NCBI GenBank assembly: GCA_963700145.1 | Contig: OY969474.1 | Span: 2,272,001-2,336,000 of the forward strand | Origin: an uncultured Acidobacteriota bacterium | GTDB lineage: Bacteria > Acidobacteriota > Thermoanaerobaculia > Multivoradales > UBA5704 | Direction of reading: 5' to 3' | Length of the DNA stretch: 64,000 bases | Notes under the pieces: generated by a model | Databases searched by the model: none | What the model was told of the DNA's origin: nothing | The model's input: only the letters and a program-made list of their open reading frames with translations | Position numbers and translations under genes: made by a program | Shown here: one piece after another, positions 27,589 through 37,272 of the stretch | Layout: every line of letters begins with the position of its first letter | How positions within the stretch are numbered: the first letter of the stretch is position 1

Positions 27589-27610
27589 GATAACTAGGGA
27601 TTATCGTGCA
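27589..27610 (+). repeat. Left recombination-site-like inverted repeat (22 bp)
   Basis: GATAACTAGGGATTATCGTGCA; exact reverse complement at 29665-29686. Confidence 0.9.
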
Positions 27611-27845
27611 ATTATGGCTCTCCTCAAACTTGGTGTGGGTAACTAAACGGCCCCCTGGTAGGGATAGGCGAGCGGCCGGTGGCCGTGGGAGGCGCGGGAA
27701 AGCCCGTCCCACCGGCCTTCCGCGGACTTCCGCCCCTCCCACTGGCCCGACTACGGCCTCGTAGAAGGCCGGGTGTAAGAGGGTGTACAAGAACGCGACG
27801 GCGCCAATCGGCCTAACTTTTTCCTTCCTGCTCCTACTTCCTCGC

Positions 27846-28832
27846 ATGGCCCGCCGCCAACCCACAGCTACTGAAGGAGAGCCGCAATCACCGTCGCCGT
27901 TGCGCCTGGTGTGGCTCGCCTTCTGGGGCTTCGCAATCAGTCTTGCTTATGGACTATGCGCTGCCGGAATCGTCTACGCTATCGAAGGAAAGTACGATGC
28001 CCAGCAGTTCCTCATCATGTATATCGGGCGCTTCAACATGCTGGTGACGACCGGTCTAATCATCGCCACAGTTCTGATCATAGGGGCTTCGCAAGATGTC
28101 ATTCCTGATACGATTGAAGCTGCTTTCACTGACGAGGATTTGGCAGACACGGACTACTCCGAGCCGCGAAAGTACTATTCGAGCATCGCATCAACGGTTT
28201 CCTTTGCATCACTAATGATCATTCTTGGTCTAGCGGTCTTTACGCTGTGCCGGTTTCCGCTCTCAGGCGCAGGGCACACATTTCTGCTGATCGCCGGGTG
28301 CATGCAGTGGGCGCTCGCCAGTTATGTCGGCAGGAAGCTGCGCCACGCCGGGATGATGATCCACTCCCTGCAAAAGATCCAAGTTAGACGGAACCTCTTT
28401 CAGGAGCGTGCACTCGACCCCATCAACACGGCCGTGCACATCGCTACGACGCTGACCGTGGTGTTCATCTATCTGCACATCCGCAGTTATTACTATGGTC
28501 CATTCGAGTATGATGGGTTTCTCGGAAAGAGTGCCCAAGTTTTTCTTCTCCTGCCCGCAGTGATCGCCACGCCAATCTTGGTGATCTTCAACTTCTTCCC
28601 GCGCATTGTGCTCCGCAAGCTGTATGACAAGTCGATCGACGTCGAATTACAACTGCTACACACCGAACTGCAGAACGAAGCGTTGAGCCCTTTTGAGAAG
28701 CGGCGTAGACTGATGGAGGTCGACAAACTTTATCGCGATCAGTTGCAGTACAGCCTACAACTAACACTCAGCGATCTGCCGATCGGTATCACCGTCTTGA
28801 TCATGCTTATTCAGCCGCTGTTGAAGAACTGA
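27846..28832 (+). CDS. Hypothetical multi-pass membrane protein (islet cargo)
   Basis: About 7 hydrophobic segments, low-GC codons, no family recognised. Confidence 0.75.
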   Translation: MARRQPTATEGEPQSPSPLRLVWLAFWGFAISLAYGLCAAGIVYAIEGKYDAQQFLIMYIGRFNMLVTTGLIIATVLIIGASQDVIPDTIEAAFTDEDLADTDYSEPRKYYSSIASTVSFASLMIILGLAVFTLCRFPLSGAGHTFLLIAGCMQWALASYVGRKLRHAGMMIHSLQKIQVRRNLFQERALDPINTAVHIATTLTVVFIYLHIRSYYYGPFEYDGFLGKSAQVFLLLPAVIATPILVIFNFFPRIVLRKLYDKSIDVELQLLHTELQNEALSPFEKRRRLMEVDKLYRDQLQYSLQLTLSDLPIGITVLIMLIQPLLKN

Positions 28833-28877
28833 GAGAGCCCCGACACTGCGCACGGCGGCGAATCGGCGGCGGCCGCG

Positions 28878-29669
28878 TCATAACAAAAAATACAATCCAA
28901 ACGCAACTTCCAGCTTCATCAGCGCCAGTGCTACCGCTTGACGATTTAGGTAAAACCAGTAGACGTAGGATGTCGCCAGTACCAAGGCCATTGCGAGCAG
29001 ACATACTACAGCGACCATATCGCGGATCTGCGAACACAGCATGATCACCGCCAGACCTTGCTGGGCAAAGGCCGCCCGCGCAACATACTTGGGATTGATT
29101 CGATGGAGGACGGAAATCGGATCCCCCGGCCGGTCGGGAAGGTCTTTGCATAATTCGCGACCCAGCATCGAGAGAAACAATGCGACGGCGACCACTCGAA
29201 GACGGGCAGCGTCAGCGGGAAAGTGCGTCATCAAGATCAATACAGGAACGGTCGTTGTTGCGGCGACGTATAGCGATTTCAGTGCCGGCAGGTACTCGAC
29301 CACGTAGCGATAGCTGATGCACGCTGCAAAACCCGCGTAGTAAAGAAATGCGGTTTCGATGCGTTGGACGAAAGAACGAGTTGTCAGCAGCGCGAGCGCC
29401 AAGCACGCGTAATAAAGAACGACGACAAATATGAGCGTGACATCTCCTTTCGGGAGAGGCCGGTCCGGGTGATTGATGCGATCTTTCTCCACATCATCCA
29501 GGTCATTGAGTATGTAGGTGCACATGGCCCCGAATAGGAGCGGCACGGCAGCCCGGAAACTAAGGGTGAGGTCTCTCGTTCGCGCAAGCATGGGCAGGAG
29601 GATTGACAAAACGGCCAGTCCGGACGAGTATGGCCGCATCAATCGCAGTGCTGCACGTGCCCGCTGCAC
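28878..29669 (-). CDS. UbiA-family prenyltransferase (islet cargo)
   Basis: NDLDDVEKDRINHPDRPLP and RELCKDLPDRPGD Asp-rich motifs; multiple TM segments. Confidence 0.85.
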   Translation of the reverse strand: MQRARAALRLMRPYSSGLAVLSILLPMLARTRDLTLSFRAAVPLLFGAMCTYILNDLDDVEKDRINHPDRPLPKGDVTLIFVVVLYYACLALALLTTRSFVQRIETAFLYYAGFAACISYRYVVEYLPALKSLYVAATTTVPVLILMTHFPADAARLRVVAVALFLSMLGRELCKDLPDRPGDPISVLHRINPKYVARAAFAQQGLAVIMLCSQIRDMVAVVCLLAMALVLATSYVYWFYLNRQAVALALMKLEVAFGLYFLL

Positions 29670-29686
29670 GATAATCCCTAGTTATC
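29665..29686 (-). repeat. Right recombination-site-like inverted repeat (22 bp)
   Basis: TGCACGATAATCCCTAGTTATC; overlaps the predicted GTG start of the UbiA gene. Confidence 0.9.
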
Positions 29687-29865
29687 GTTGGACGGAAAGG
29701 GCATCACCCTCCGGACACATTTCCAGAGGGATGAGTGCAGGTGTATAGAGGGCGAGTCGGCTAAGCTAGCGGGCTATGAATCGCCATCTCAGACGGGTCT
29801 GGCGAGCTGAGGCCGTTCGCGCTAATTTCTTACGGATCGACCTAGCCGCGCAGTCTGCCTGAAGG

Positions 29866-30474
29866 GTGGCAGCCCGCATCCCCCTCTGGCTGAAGCTCCT
29901 CTACACCGCCTGGCTGGCGGTGTGGGTGCCGGCGGTTTGGCGGAACAGCGGCCTGGAGAACTTCTTCTGGCTGTGCGACGTGGCGAACATCCTTGTCGGG
30001 GTGGCGCTCTGGCTGGAGAGCCCACTGCTGCTCTCGGCGCAGGCGGTGGGGGTGCTGCTGGTACAGGTCTTCTGGACGGTGGATTACCTCGGGGCGCTCC
30101 TCACGGGCCACCATCCGATCGGCGGCACGGAGTACATGTTCAACGCCGCCGAGCCGCTCTGGATGCGGTCGCTGTCGCTGTTCCACATGGCGCTGCCGCC
30201 GCTGCTGATCTGGGGCGTGCGCCGCCTGGGCTACGACCGCCGGGGGTTCTGGCTGCAGACGGCGCTGACCTGCTTCCTGCTGCCGGCGACCCTCCTCCTG
30301 ACCGACCCGGCGCGCAACCTCAACTGGGTCTGGGACCCGTTCGGGATCGAGCAGCGGTGGCTCCAGGCCGAACACTACGTCCTGGCGCTGATGCTCCTCT
30401 ACCCGCTTCTCCTCTACCTCCCGGCCCACCTCCTGCTCTCCCTCTGGACGCGACGGGCTAGACTTCCCAAGTGA
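29866..30474 (+). CDS. Hypothetical membrane protein
   Basis: NFFWLCD, GGTEYMF, LSLFH, NLNWV; host-like codons. Confidence 0.75.
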   Translation: MAARIPLWLKLLYTAWLAVWVPAVWRNSGLENFFWLCDVANILVGVALWLESPLLLSAQAVGVLLVQVFWTVDYLGALLTGHHPIGGTEYMFNAAEPLWMRSLSLFHMALPPLLIWGVRRLGYDRRGFWLQTALTCFLLPATLLLTDPARNLNWVWDPFGIEQRWLQAEHYVLALMLLYPLLLYLPAHLLLSLWTRRARLPK

Positions 30475-30953
30475 TCGCTCTCGAAGAGGAGGTCGACCCG
30501 GCGCTGCTGATCGCGCCGTCCCGGCCGCTGGTCGTCCACTCGGACTTGGCGGTGCGGGCGGCGGTGGGGGCGCCGGCGGCGGCCGAGGCGCTGGCGACCT
30601 GGCGGCGGGAGGGGTCCCGGCTCATCGCCCCCGACCTCTGGGCCGGCGAGGCGGTGGGGGCGCTGCGGCGGAGCGTCGCGCAGAAGGTGCTCTCCCGCGC
30701 CGAAGGGAAGGGAGCGCTGGCCCGCCTCTTCGCGCTGGGGATCGAGAGCGTGCCGGTGGATCTCCCGTTGGCGCGCCAGGCCTTCGACTGGGCCGAGCGC
30801 CTCGGCCAGCCGCGCGGCCAGGAGGCCTTCTACGTCGCCCTCGCCGAGCGCGAGCGCACGGCCCTCTGGACGACCAGCCGGCGCCTCGCCCTGCGCGCCC
30901 GCCAGGCCGGCGCCCTCTGGGTGCGCCACCTCGGGGAAGCCGCCCCCTCGTAA
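30471..30953 (+). CDS. PIN-domain (VapC-like) protein with degenerate active site
   Basis: LVVHS, APDLWAGE, EAFYVALAE, LWTTSRRL pattern of the VapC fold. Confidence 0.7.
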   Translation: MIALEEEVDPALLIAPSRPLVVHSDLAVRAAVGAPAAAEALATWRREGSRLIAPDLWAGEAVGALRRSVAQKVLSRAEGKGALARLFALGIESVPVDLPLARQAFDWAERLGQPRGQEAFYVALAERERTALWTTSRRLALRARQAGALWVRHLGEAAPS

Positions 30954-31063
30954 ACCGCTGTCACCACTCGTAAATCTTCCGTAAATCGGGCGCTTCGGAT
31001 CCCCCGGGGTGAAACCTTTCGCGCCGCGGGCGGTATCTCCCGTCGAACACGGGAGGAGCCGTC

Positions 31064-33355
31064 ATGACGGGATCGCAGGGACCCAGGCGCCGGAGGGCCG
31101 CCACCACCACCACCACGACGCTCGCGCTCGCCTGGCTCGCCGGCGCCGTGCCGGCCGCGGCCGCGCCGCGCCAGGGTGAGCCGGCGGCCCCGGCGGCGCG
31201 CCCGACCTACCAGATCCAGCGGACCGACGCGGCGATCGCCGTGGACGGCCGCCTCGACGAGGCCCCCTGGCAGGGGCAGCCCACCTTCGAGCTGGCCTAC
31301 GAGACCTTTCCGAGCGAGAACGTCAAGCCGCAGGTCGAGACCCGTTTCTGGATGACCTTTGACGCCGAGAAGCTCTACGTGGCGGTCGAGGCGCTCGACC
31401 CCCAGCCGGGGGCGATCCGCGCCCGTCTGACCGACCGCGACGGCGCCTTCCAGGACGACTTCGTCGGCGTCGTGCTCGACACCTTCAACGACGAGACGCG
31501 CGCCTTCGAGTTCTTCATCAACCCGCTCGGCGTGCAGATGGATCTCCTGCAGAACGAGGTGACGAGCCTCGAGGACGAAACCTGGGACACCATCTGGACC
31601 TCCTCCGGCCGGGTGACCGAGAAGGGGTACGTGGTCGAGCTCGCGGTCCCCTTCTCCTCGCTCCGCTTCCCGCGCGCCGAGGGCGTCCAGACCTGGGGGA
31701 TTGACGCCCTGCGCGTCCATCCGCGCGACCAGCGGACCCGTATCGGCCTGGTGCCGCAGGTCCGCGGCGTCAACTGCTACCTCTGCCAGGGGGCCAAGCT
31801 GGTGGGCATCGAAGGGGTGACGCCGGGGCGCAACATCGAGCTCGACCCGACGCTCACCGCCGGCCGCACCGACACCCGCCAGACCCCCGGCGGCGCCATC
31901 GAGGAGGGGGACGTCGACTCCGACCTCGGCTTGAGCGCGCGCTGGGGGATCACGCCCAACATGATCTTCAGCGGCGCGCTCAACCCCGACTTCTCGCAGG
32001 TCGAGGCCGACGCGGCGCAGCTCGACGTCAACACCCAGTTCGCCCTCTTCTTCCCCGAGAAGCGGCCGTTCTTCCTCGAGGGCGCGGACCTCTTCGACAC
32101 CCGCGTCCAGGCGATCCACAGCCGCAACATCGCCGACCCCGAGTGGGGGCTCAAGCTCACCGGCAAGGAGGGGAAGAACGCCGTCGGCCTGGTGGTGGCG
32201 CAGGACCGGCTGAGCAACATCCTGATCCCCGGCGCCGAGAGCTCGGCCCTGACCTCGCTCGACGAGGAGAACACCTCGACCATCCTGCGCTACCGCCGCG
32301 ACCTCGCGGGCTCCTCGACGATCGGCGTCCTCTACACCGGGCGCGAGGGGGACAGCTACCACAATCGGGTGGCCGGCGTGGACGCCCTCTTCCGCTGGAA
32401 GGGGACGGAGGCGGTGCGCATCGAGCTGCTCGGCTCGCAGACCGAGTACCCGCTGGCGCTGGCCCGCGACTTCGGCCAGCCGGCCGACACCTTCGACGAC
32501 TTCGGCGTGCGCGCCGTCTACCAGCACACCGACCGCAACAAGATGATCTACTTCCTGCACCAGGACATGGGCGACGGCCTGCGCGTCGACCTCGGCTTCA
32601 TCCCGCAGGTCGACTTCCGGCGCGAGCAGGTGCTCTTCGAGCGCTACTTCTACAACGAGGGCGAGCGCTTCAGCCGCATCAACTTCGCCGGCCAGTTCAA
32701 CGACACCTGGGACCACGACGGCAACCGGCTGCGCCGCTTCGGCGAAGCCTGGACGTGGGGCAACGGCCCTTACCAGAGCTTCTTCAACACCGGCGTCGGC
32801 GCCGGCGACCGCTTCTTCAACGGCCAGACCTTCGACGACAAGTACCTCTGGTTCTACGGCGAGGTGCGGCCGACGAGCTGGCTGTTCATGACCATCGACT
32901 CGTCGATCGGCGACACGGTGGACTTCGCCAACACCCGCGCCGCGGACCAGATTTTCGTCAAGCCGACCTTCCGCTTCGACGTCGGCAAGCACCTGCGCCT
33001 GCAGCTCGCCCACAACTGGCAGCGCCTCGACGTCGAGGACGGCGAGCTCTTCACCGCCAACATCAGCGACCTGCGGGCGACCTGGCAGTTCAACGTCCGC
33101 ACCTTCGTGCGGCTGGTGACGCAGTACCGCGACGTCGAGCGCAACGCCCCCCTCTTCCTCGAGCGCGTCGACCCCGAGAGCCAGCACCTCTTCAACCAGC
33201 TCCTCTTCTCCTACAAGATCAACCCGCAGACCGTGCTCTTCCTGGGCTACTCCGACAACCACTTCGGCGAGCCGTCGCTCAATAGCCAGACGACCGACCT
33301 GACGCAGGCCGACCGGACCCTCTTCTTCAAGGTGGGCTACGCGCTGATCTTCTGA
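31064..33355 (+). CDS. CBM9-like / DUF5916 outer-membrane beta-barrel protein
   Basis: DGRLDE, FINPLGVQ.D, NPDFSQVEAD, FPEKRPFFLEG, C-terminal Phe. Confidence 0.85.
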   Translation: MTGSQGPRRRRAATTTTTTLALAWLAGAVPAAAAPRQGEPAAPAARPTYQIQRTDAAIAVDGRLDEAPWQGQPTFELAYETFPSENVKPQVETRFWMTFDAEKLYVAVEALDPQPGAIRARLTDRDGAFQDDFVGVVLDTFNDETRAFEFFINPLGVQMDLLQNEVTSLEDETWDTIWTSSGRVTEKGYVVELAVPFSSLRFPRAEGVQTWGIDALRVHPRDQRTRIGLVPQVRGVNCYLCQGAKLVGIEGVTPGRNIELDPTLTAGRTDTRQTPGGAIEEGDVDSDLGLSARWGITPNMIFSGALNPDFSQVEADAAQLDVNTQFALFFPEKRPFFLEGADLFDTRVQAIHSRNIADPEWGLKLTGKEGKNAVGLVVAQDRLSNILIPGAESSALTSLDEENTSTILRYRRDLAGSSTIGVLYTGREGDSYHNRVAGVDALFRWKGTEAVRIELLGSQTEYPLALARDFGQPADTFDDFGVRAVYQHTDRNKMIYFLHQDMGDGLRVDLGFIPQVDFRREQVLFERYFYNEGERFSRINFAGQFNDTWDHDGNRLRRFGEAWTWGNGPYQSFFNTGVGAGDRFFNGQTFDDKYLWFYGEVRPTSWLFMTIDSSIGDTVDFANTRAADQIFVKPTFRFDVGKHLRLQLAHNWQRLDVEDGELFTANISDLRATWQFNVRTFVRLVTQYRDVERNAPLFLERVDPESQHLFNQLLFSYKINPQTVLFLGYSDNHFGEPSLNSQTTDLTQADRTLFFKVGYALIF

Positions 33356-34026
33356 TCGGGGGCGGCCGCCGCCTCGCGCAGGATCGCCACGCCGCTGGAG
33401 GTGCCCAGGCGGGTGGCGCCGGCGGCGAGCAGGGCGCGGGCGGTGGCGGCGTCGCGGATGCCGCCGGAGGCCTTGATCGCGAGGCGACCGCCGACGGTGG
33501 CGGCGAGCAGGGCGACGTCGGTGACCGTCGCGCCCCCCGGCCCGAAGCCGGTCGAGGTCTTGACGAAGTCGGCGCCGGCGTCGGCCGCGAGGAGGGCGCC
33601 GCGCCGCTTCTCCTCGTCGGTCAGGAGCGCGGTCTCGAGGATCACCTTGAGCGTCAGGCCCGCGCGCTCGGCGCGGAGGGCGCCCACCCAGCCGGCGAGG
33701 TCGGCGCGCACGCGCTCGTCCTCGCCCCCCTTGAGCCAGGAGAGGTTCAAGACGGTGTCGAGCTCCTGCGCGCCGTCGGCGACCGCCCGGCGCGACTCGG
33801 CGAGACGCGCCTCGGGGTGGACGTAGCCGAGCGGGAAGCCGACGACGGTCCCCACCCGCACCGGCGTGCCGGCCAGCCGCTCGGCCGCCAGCGCCACCCA
33901 GACCGGCGGCACGCAAACGGAGGCGAACTCGTGCTCCACGGCCTCGTCGAGGAGCCGCCGGATCTCCGCCCGCGTCGCTTCGGGGCGCAGCAGCGTGTGG
34001 TCAATCGCCCGGTTCAGCGGCAACAT
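33337..34026 (-). CDS. deoC: Deoxyribose-phosphate aldolase
   Basis: IDHTLL, VVGFPLG, KVILET, FVKTSTGF, KASGGIR. Confidence 0.97.
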   Translation of the reverse strand: MLPLNRAIDHTLLRPEATRAEIRRLLDEAVEHEFASVCVPPVWVALAAERLAGTPVRVGTVVGFPLGYVHPEARLAESRRAVADGAQELDTVLNLSWLKGGEDERVRADLAGWVGALRAERAGLTLKVILETALLTDEEKRRGALLAADAGADFVKTSTGFGPGGATVTDVALLAATVGGRLAIKASGGIRDAATARALLAAGATRLGTSSGVAILREAAAAPDQKISA

Positions 34027-34030
34027 CGCT

Positions 34031-34058
34031 GTAGCGCCCGGCCTACGTGCCGGGCGTT
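34031..34058 (+). repeat. GTAG-type REP-like hairpin, copy 3
   Basis: Exact reverse complement of 808-835; contains the SpoIID gene stop. Confidence 0.8.
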
Positions 34059-36298
34059 GGGACCAGCTTCACCCGCCCCAGCTCGGCGCCGGTGTAGTAG
34101 TGCTCCAGGATCTCGCGGTAGTCGTGGCCGCGCTGGGCCATGCCGTAGGAGCCGATCTGGCAGAGACCGACGCCGTGCCCCCACCCCTTGCCGTTGAAGA
34201 GATACCCGGCCTCGCGCCCCGGCGGCTCGAGCCGGCGGGCGGTGAAGAGCGTGTCGGGGATGTCGAGCGTCCAGCGCACCGCCAGCCCCTCGACCTCCGC
34301 CGTCTCGCCGCTCGCGCCGTGGATGCGGATCTTCCCCACCCGTCCCGAGACGCCGCGCGACAGCACCTCGAAGTCGCGGAAGCCGAGGCCGGGGAGGCGG
34401 GTGTCGATCGACTTCGCCAGCTCGGAGTCGCTGCGGTAGCGCGTCCAGGAGCTGTAGCGGCTGCTGCGGTCGAAGGCCACGCCCTCGCGCTCCACCTGCT
34501 GCACCAGGGCGACCAGCGCCTCGCCCTGCCAGTAGAGGTCGAGCCCGTCGCCGGGCACCAGGGCGAGCGGCGCCGCCGCCGTCTGCCCCGCCACGCGGCG
34601 GAAGGTGACGAGCCGATCGGGCAGCGCGTAGGTCTTGTGCTCCTTGCCCGAGCGCACGGTGAGCGCGCGCGGGCCGAGGGACATGTACGAGGCCTCCTCG
34701 CGCCGCACCACGTGGAGCAGCTCGGCGAGCCCCAGCAGCATGCGCTCGATCTCGTCCGCGTCGAGCACCTGGTCGGGCGGGCCGGTCAGCAGACCGCTCT
34801 TCATCAGGTAGGCGGCGCGCCGCAGGTCCTCTTCGCTCCAGCCCGGCGGCGGGTTCTGCAAGAGATACGGGATGTCCGGCGCGGCGACGAAGAGGCGGGT
34901 CTCGGTCCCGAGGTCGAAGAGCGCGGCCAGGAAGCGCTGCACCTCGCGCCGGTCGAGCGAGGCCAGCCGCTCGCGCGGCACCGGCAGGCCGGCGAGGAGC
35001 GCCAGGTGCTCGAGCCGGGCGGCGAGGGCCGCCGCCGGCGCCACCCCCGGCGACGGCGGCAGCAGGCGCTCGGTGATGCCGGCCGGGAACGCCGCGCCCG
35101 CCGCCAGGTCGCCGGGCAGGCGCGCCACGCCGGCCTCGACGCACGGCACGCCCTTGAGGTATGGCTCCTGCTTGAGCGGGAAGATGACGTGGCCGTCCTC
35201 GGTGTGGCCGCCGCAGGTCGAGCTGTAGAGGGCGTCCACCAGCCGCCCCTCGTAGAGCAGCACCTGGCCGGCGGTCTCGGCGATGGCGCGGTCGGAGAGC
35301 GGGTGCTCGACCTCCATCCCCTTGTAGACCTGGCAGCGCGGCGTGGCGCAGATGTCGTAGCCCTCGCGCGCGAACTCGCCGAGCGTGCGCAGGGCGTAGG
35401 TGCGGGCCGCCACCGCCTGCGCCTTGAGCGCCTCGAGCTGCGGATAGGCCTCGGGGCCCATCTCGCTCGGCACCACGCCGCGCAGGTAGTCCTCGAGCGA
35501 CACCTCGTTAATCAGGTTGAGGGTGCCGCGGTCGTTGAGATAGACGAGGAGGCGGCCCCGGTAGCGCCGCCCCTCGTGGCGGAGGCCGCTCCGGGCGGCG
35601 GCCTCTATAGCGAGCCAGCGGCCCGGGACGGTGATCGTCTTCCCCGCCTGCGTCGTGCGCAGCGCCGGGTCGGAGACCCGCCCCCCTTCGCTGACCACGA
35701 AGGCGCCGGCCAGGCCGCGGGCGGTCAGGCGGCGCAGCGCCGTGTCGGCCTCCTCGCGCGTCGCGTAGCGGCCGATGCGCACGCGGTAGAGGTCGACGCC
35801 GGCGTCGAAGTGGGCGGCGCCGCCGACGCCGGTCTGCCGCTCCAGCCGCCGCGCCAGCTCCTGCGCCTGCCGCTCGTCGCGCAGCGCCGCCACCTGGATG
35901 CGGTAGCTGCCGGTCTCGGCGATCCCCGCCGTCGGCTCGATCCGCAGGGGCGACGAGATCGACCAGCGCTGCTCCCCCGGTGCGGCGGACTCGGCCACCA
36001 CCTCCCCCTCACAGCAGGGAAGCGTCAGGTTGGCGAGGTCGCTGGCGATCCCCACCTTCAGCACCAGCGGCACCGCCGGTCCCGCGGCGAGCGTCCCGGG
36101 CGGCGTCGGTGCCGGCTCGGCCGGCGGCGCGGCGGGGACCGCCGGCTCGACCGGCTCGGGGAGCGGCGCGGGCTCCGCGGGGGGCGGCGGCGGGCGCTCG
36201 CTCGTCTTGACCGGCGGCGGCGAGCCGGCGCAGCCGGCGGCCAGCGCCGCGGCGAGGAGGCCGGCAGCGAGCCGGGCGCGGCGCACGGCTCCGCTCAC
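34043..36298 (-). CDS. SpoIID/LytB-domain lipoprotein with SPOR domain
   Basis: Lipobox LAAGC; YLRGVVPSEM, LKAQAVAARTYA, GWGHGVGLCQ. Confidence 0.9.
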   Translation of the reverse strand: MSGAVRRARLAAGLLAAALAAGCAGSPPPVKTSERPPPPPAEPAPLPEPVEPAVPAAPPAEPAPTPPGTLAAGPAVPLVLKVGIASDLANLTLPCCEGEVVAESAAPGEQRWSISSPLRIEPTAGIAETGSYRIQVAALRDERQAQELARRLERQTGVGGAAHFDAGVDLYRVRIGRYATREEADTALRRLTARGLAGAFVVSEGGRVSDPALRTTQAGKTITVPGRWLAIEAAARSGLRHEGRRYRGRLLVYLNDRGTLNLINEVSLEDYLRGVVPSEMGPEAYPQLEALKAQAVAARTYALRTLGEFAREGYDICATPRCQVYKGMEVEHPLSDRAIAETAGQVLLYEGRLVDALYSSTCGGHTEDGHVIFPLKQEPYLKGVPCVEAGVARLPGDLAAGAAFPAGITERLLPPSPGVAPAAALAARLEHLALLAGLPVPRERLASLDRREVQRFLAALFDLGTETRLFVAAPDIPYLLQNPPPGWSEEDLRRAAYLMKSGLLTGPPDQVLDADEIERMLLGLAELLHVVRREEASYMSLGPRALTVRSGKEHKTYALPDRLVTFRRVAGQTAAAPLALVPGDGLDLYWQGEALVALVQQVEREGVAFDRSSRYSSWTRYRSDSELAKSIDTRLPGLGFRDFEVLSRGVSGRVGKIRIHGASGETAEVEGLAVRWTLDIPDTLFTARRLEPPGREAGYLFNGKGWGHGVGLCQIGSYGMAQRGHDYREILEHYYTGAELGRVKLVPTPGT

Positions 36299-37272
36299 GC
36301 CGCGGCGCTCCGTGGCAGGGCGGGGGCCTCCGCCCGCAGCTCGGACTGCACGAGCGCCACGTAGGCGGCGGCCAAGAGCGTCGAGAGCACCGCGTTCACC
36401 AGCCACTGGAAGGCGTTGAGCGAGAGCAGCGCCCCGGCGCGCACCGCCGAACGAGCCTCGGTCAGGGCCTGGATCGCCAGGCTCGCCGGCAGCAACACCA
36501 CTCCGGCCTCCAGCAGGGTGAGCAGCATGAAGAGGAGCGCGAGCAGGAAGCATGCCCCCGGGCGGCGGCCGACCACCCTCAGGCCGTGGCGGATGGCCGC
36601 CCAGACCCCCGACCCCTCGCGCGCCGCGTCGGCCATCGCGCCCCAGGTCCAGACCAGGAAGAGGAGGAAGAGGAAGCCCACCGGCAGGGCGCCGCCGCAG
36701 CCGAACCCCACTCCGGCCGCCACGCCCCAGCGCTGGGCGCCGTAGGCGGTGAGCGCGACCCACACCGCCAGCGCGACGAGAAGCGGCATGGCCAAGAAGA
36801 GCAGGACGTTGAGCACCCAGAAGTAGCGCCAGACGTAGCGCCCGGCCCAGCCGGCGAAGTCGCGGCTGCTGAAGGTGCGGAAGGCGAGGCGGCCGCGCGG
36901 CGGTCCGGGCGGCGCCTGGCGGTCGGCGGCGATGAGGACGCCGTAGGTGCCGGCCAGAAACCAGCAGTAGACGAGGAAGGCGAGCGTCCAGAGCGCCATG
37001 GCACCGAGCAGCGCGCCGGCGACGGCCGGGGTCAGCGCCTCCAGCCGCGCCGGCAGCTCCTGGACCAGCGGCGCGAAGTCGCTCTCGACCAGCACGTCGT
37101 AGGCGGCGCGGAGGTCGAAGCCGAGTGCCAGCATCGGCAGCAGGACGCCGGCCGCGGTGAGCAGCGAGAGCAGCAGCAGGCCGAGCGCGTTGAGCCAGAC
37201 GAGGCCGAAGTTGGCGCGCAGGCTGGCCGCGCCGCGGCGCAGGCTGCCGGAGGCGGAGAGGCGGGGGCTCAC
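36295..37272 (-). CDS. Hypothetical membrane protein
   Basis: Multiple TM segments; 4-bp overlaps with both neighbours. Confidence 0.72.
   Translation of the reverse strand: MSPRLSASGSLRRGAASLRANFGLVWLNALGLLLLSLLTAAGVLLPMLALGFDLRAAYDVLVESDFAPLVQELPARLEALTPAVAGALLGAMALWTLAFLVYCWFLAGTYGVLIAADRQAPPGPPRGRLAFRTFSSRDFAGWAGRYVWRYFWVLNVLLFLAMPLLVALAVWVALTAYGAQRWGVAAGVGFGCGGALPVGFLFLLFLVWTWGAMADAAREGSGVWAAIRHGLRVVGRRPGACFLLALLFMLLTLLEAGVVLLPASLAIQALTEARSAVRAGALLSLNAFQWLVNAVLSTLLAAAYVALVQSELRAEAPALPRSAAA

Larger units (their letters stand above)
26490..29830. mobile_element. Lower-GC recombinase islet
   Basis: Visible GC drop and atypical codons from ~26.9 to ~29.8 kb; recombinase plus IR-bounded cargo; borders approximate. 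Confidence 0.6.

Noticed and set aside
27606-27764. Short ORF starting at the GTG in the left IR
   Set aside because: About 52 codons, low complexity, no recognisable features
26526-29830. Integron or prophage
   Set aside because: No IntI-specific insertion or attC structures recognised, cargo genes are convergent, and there are no phage genes
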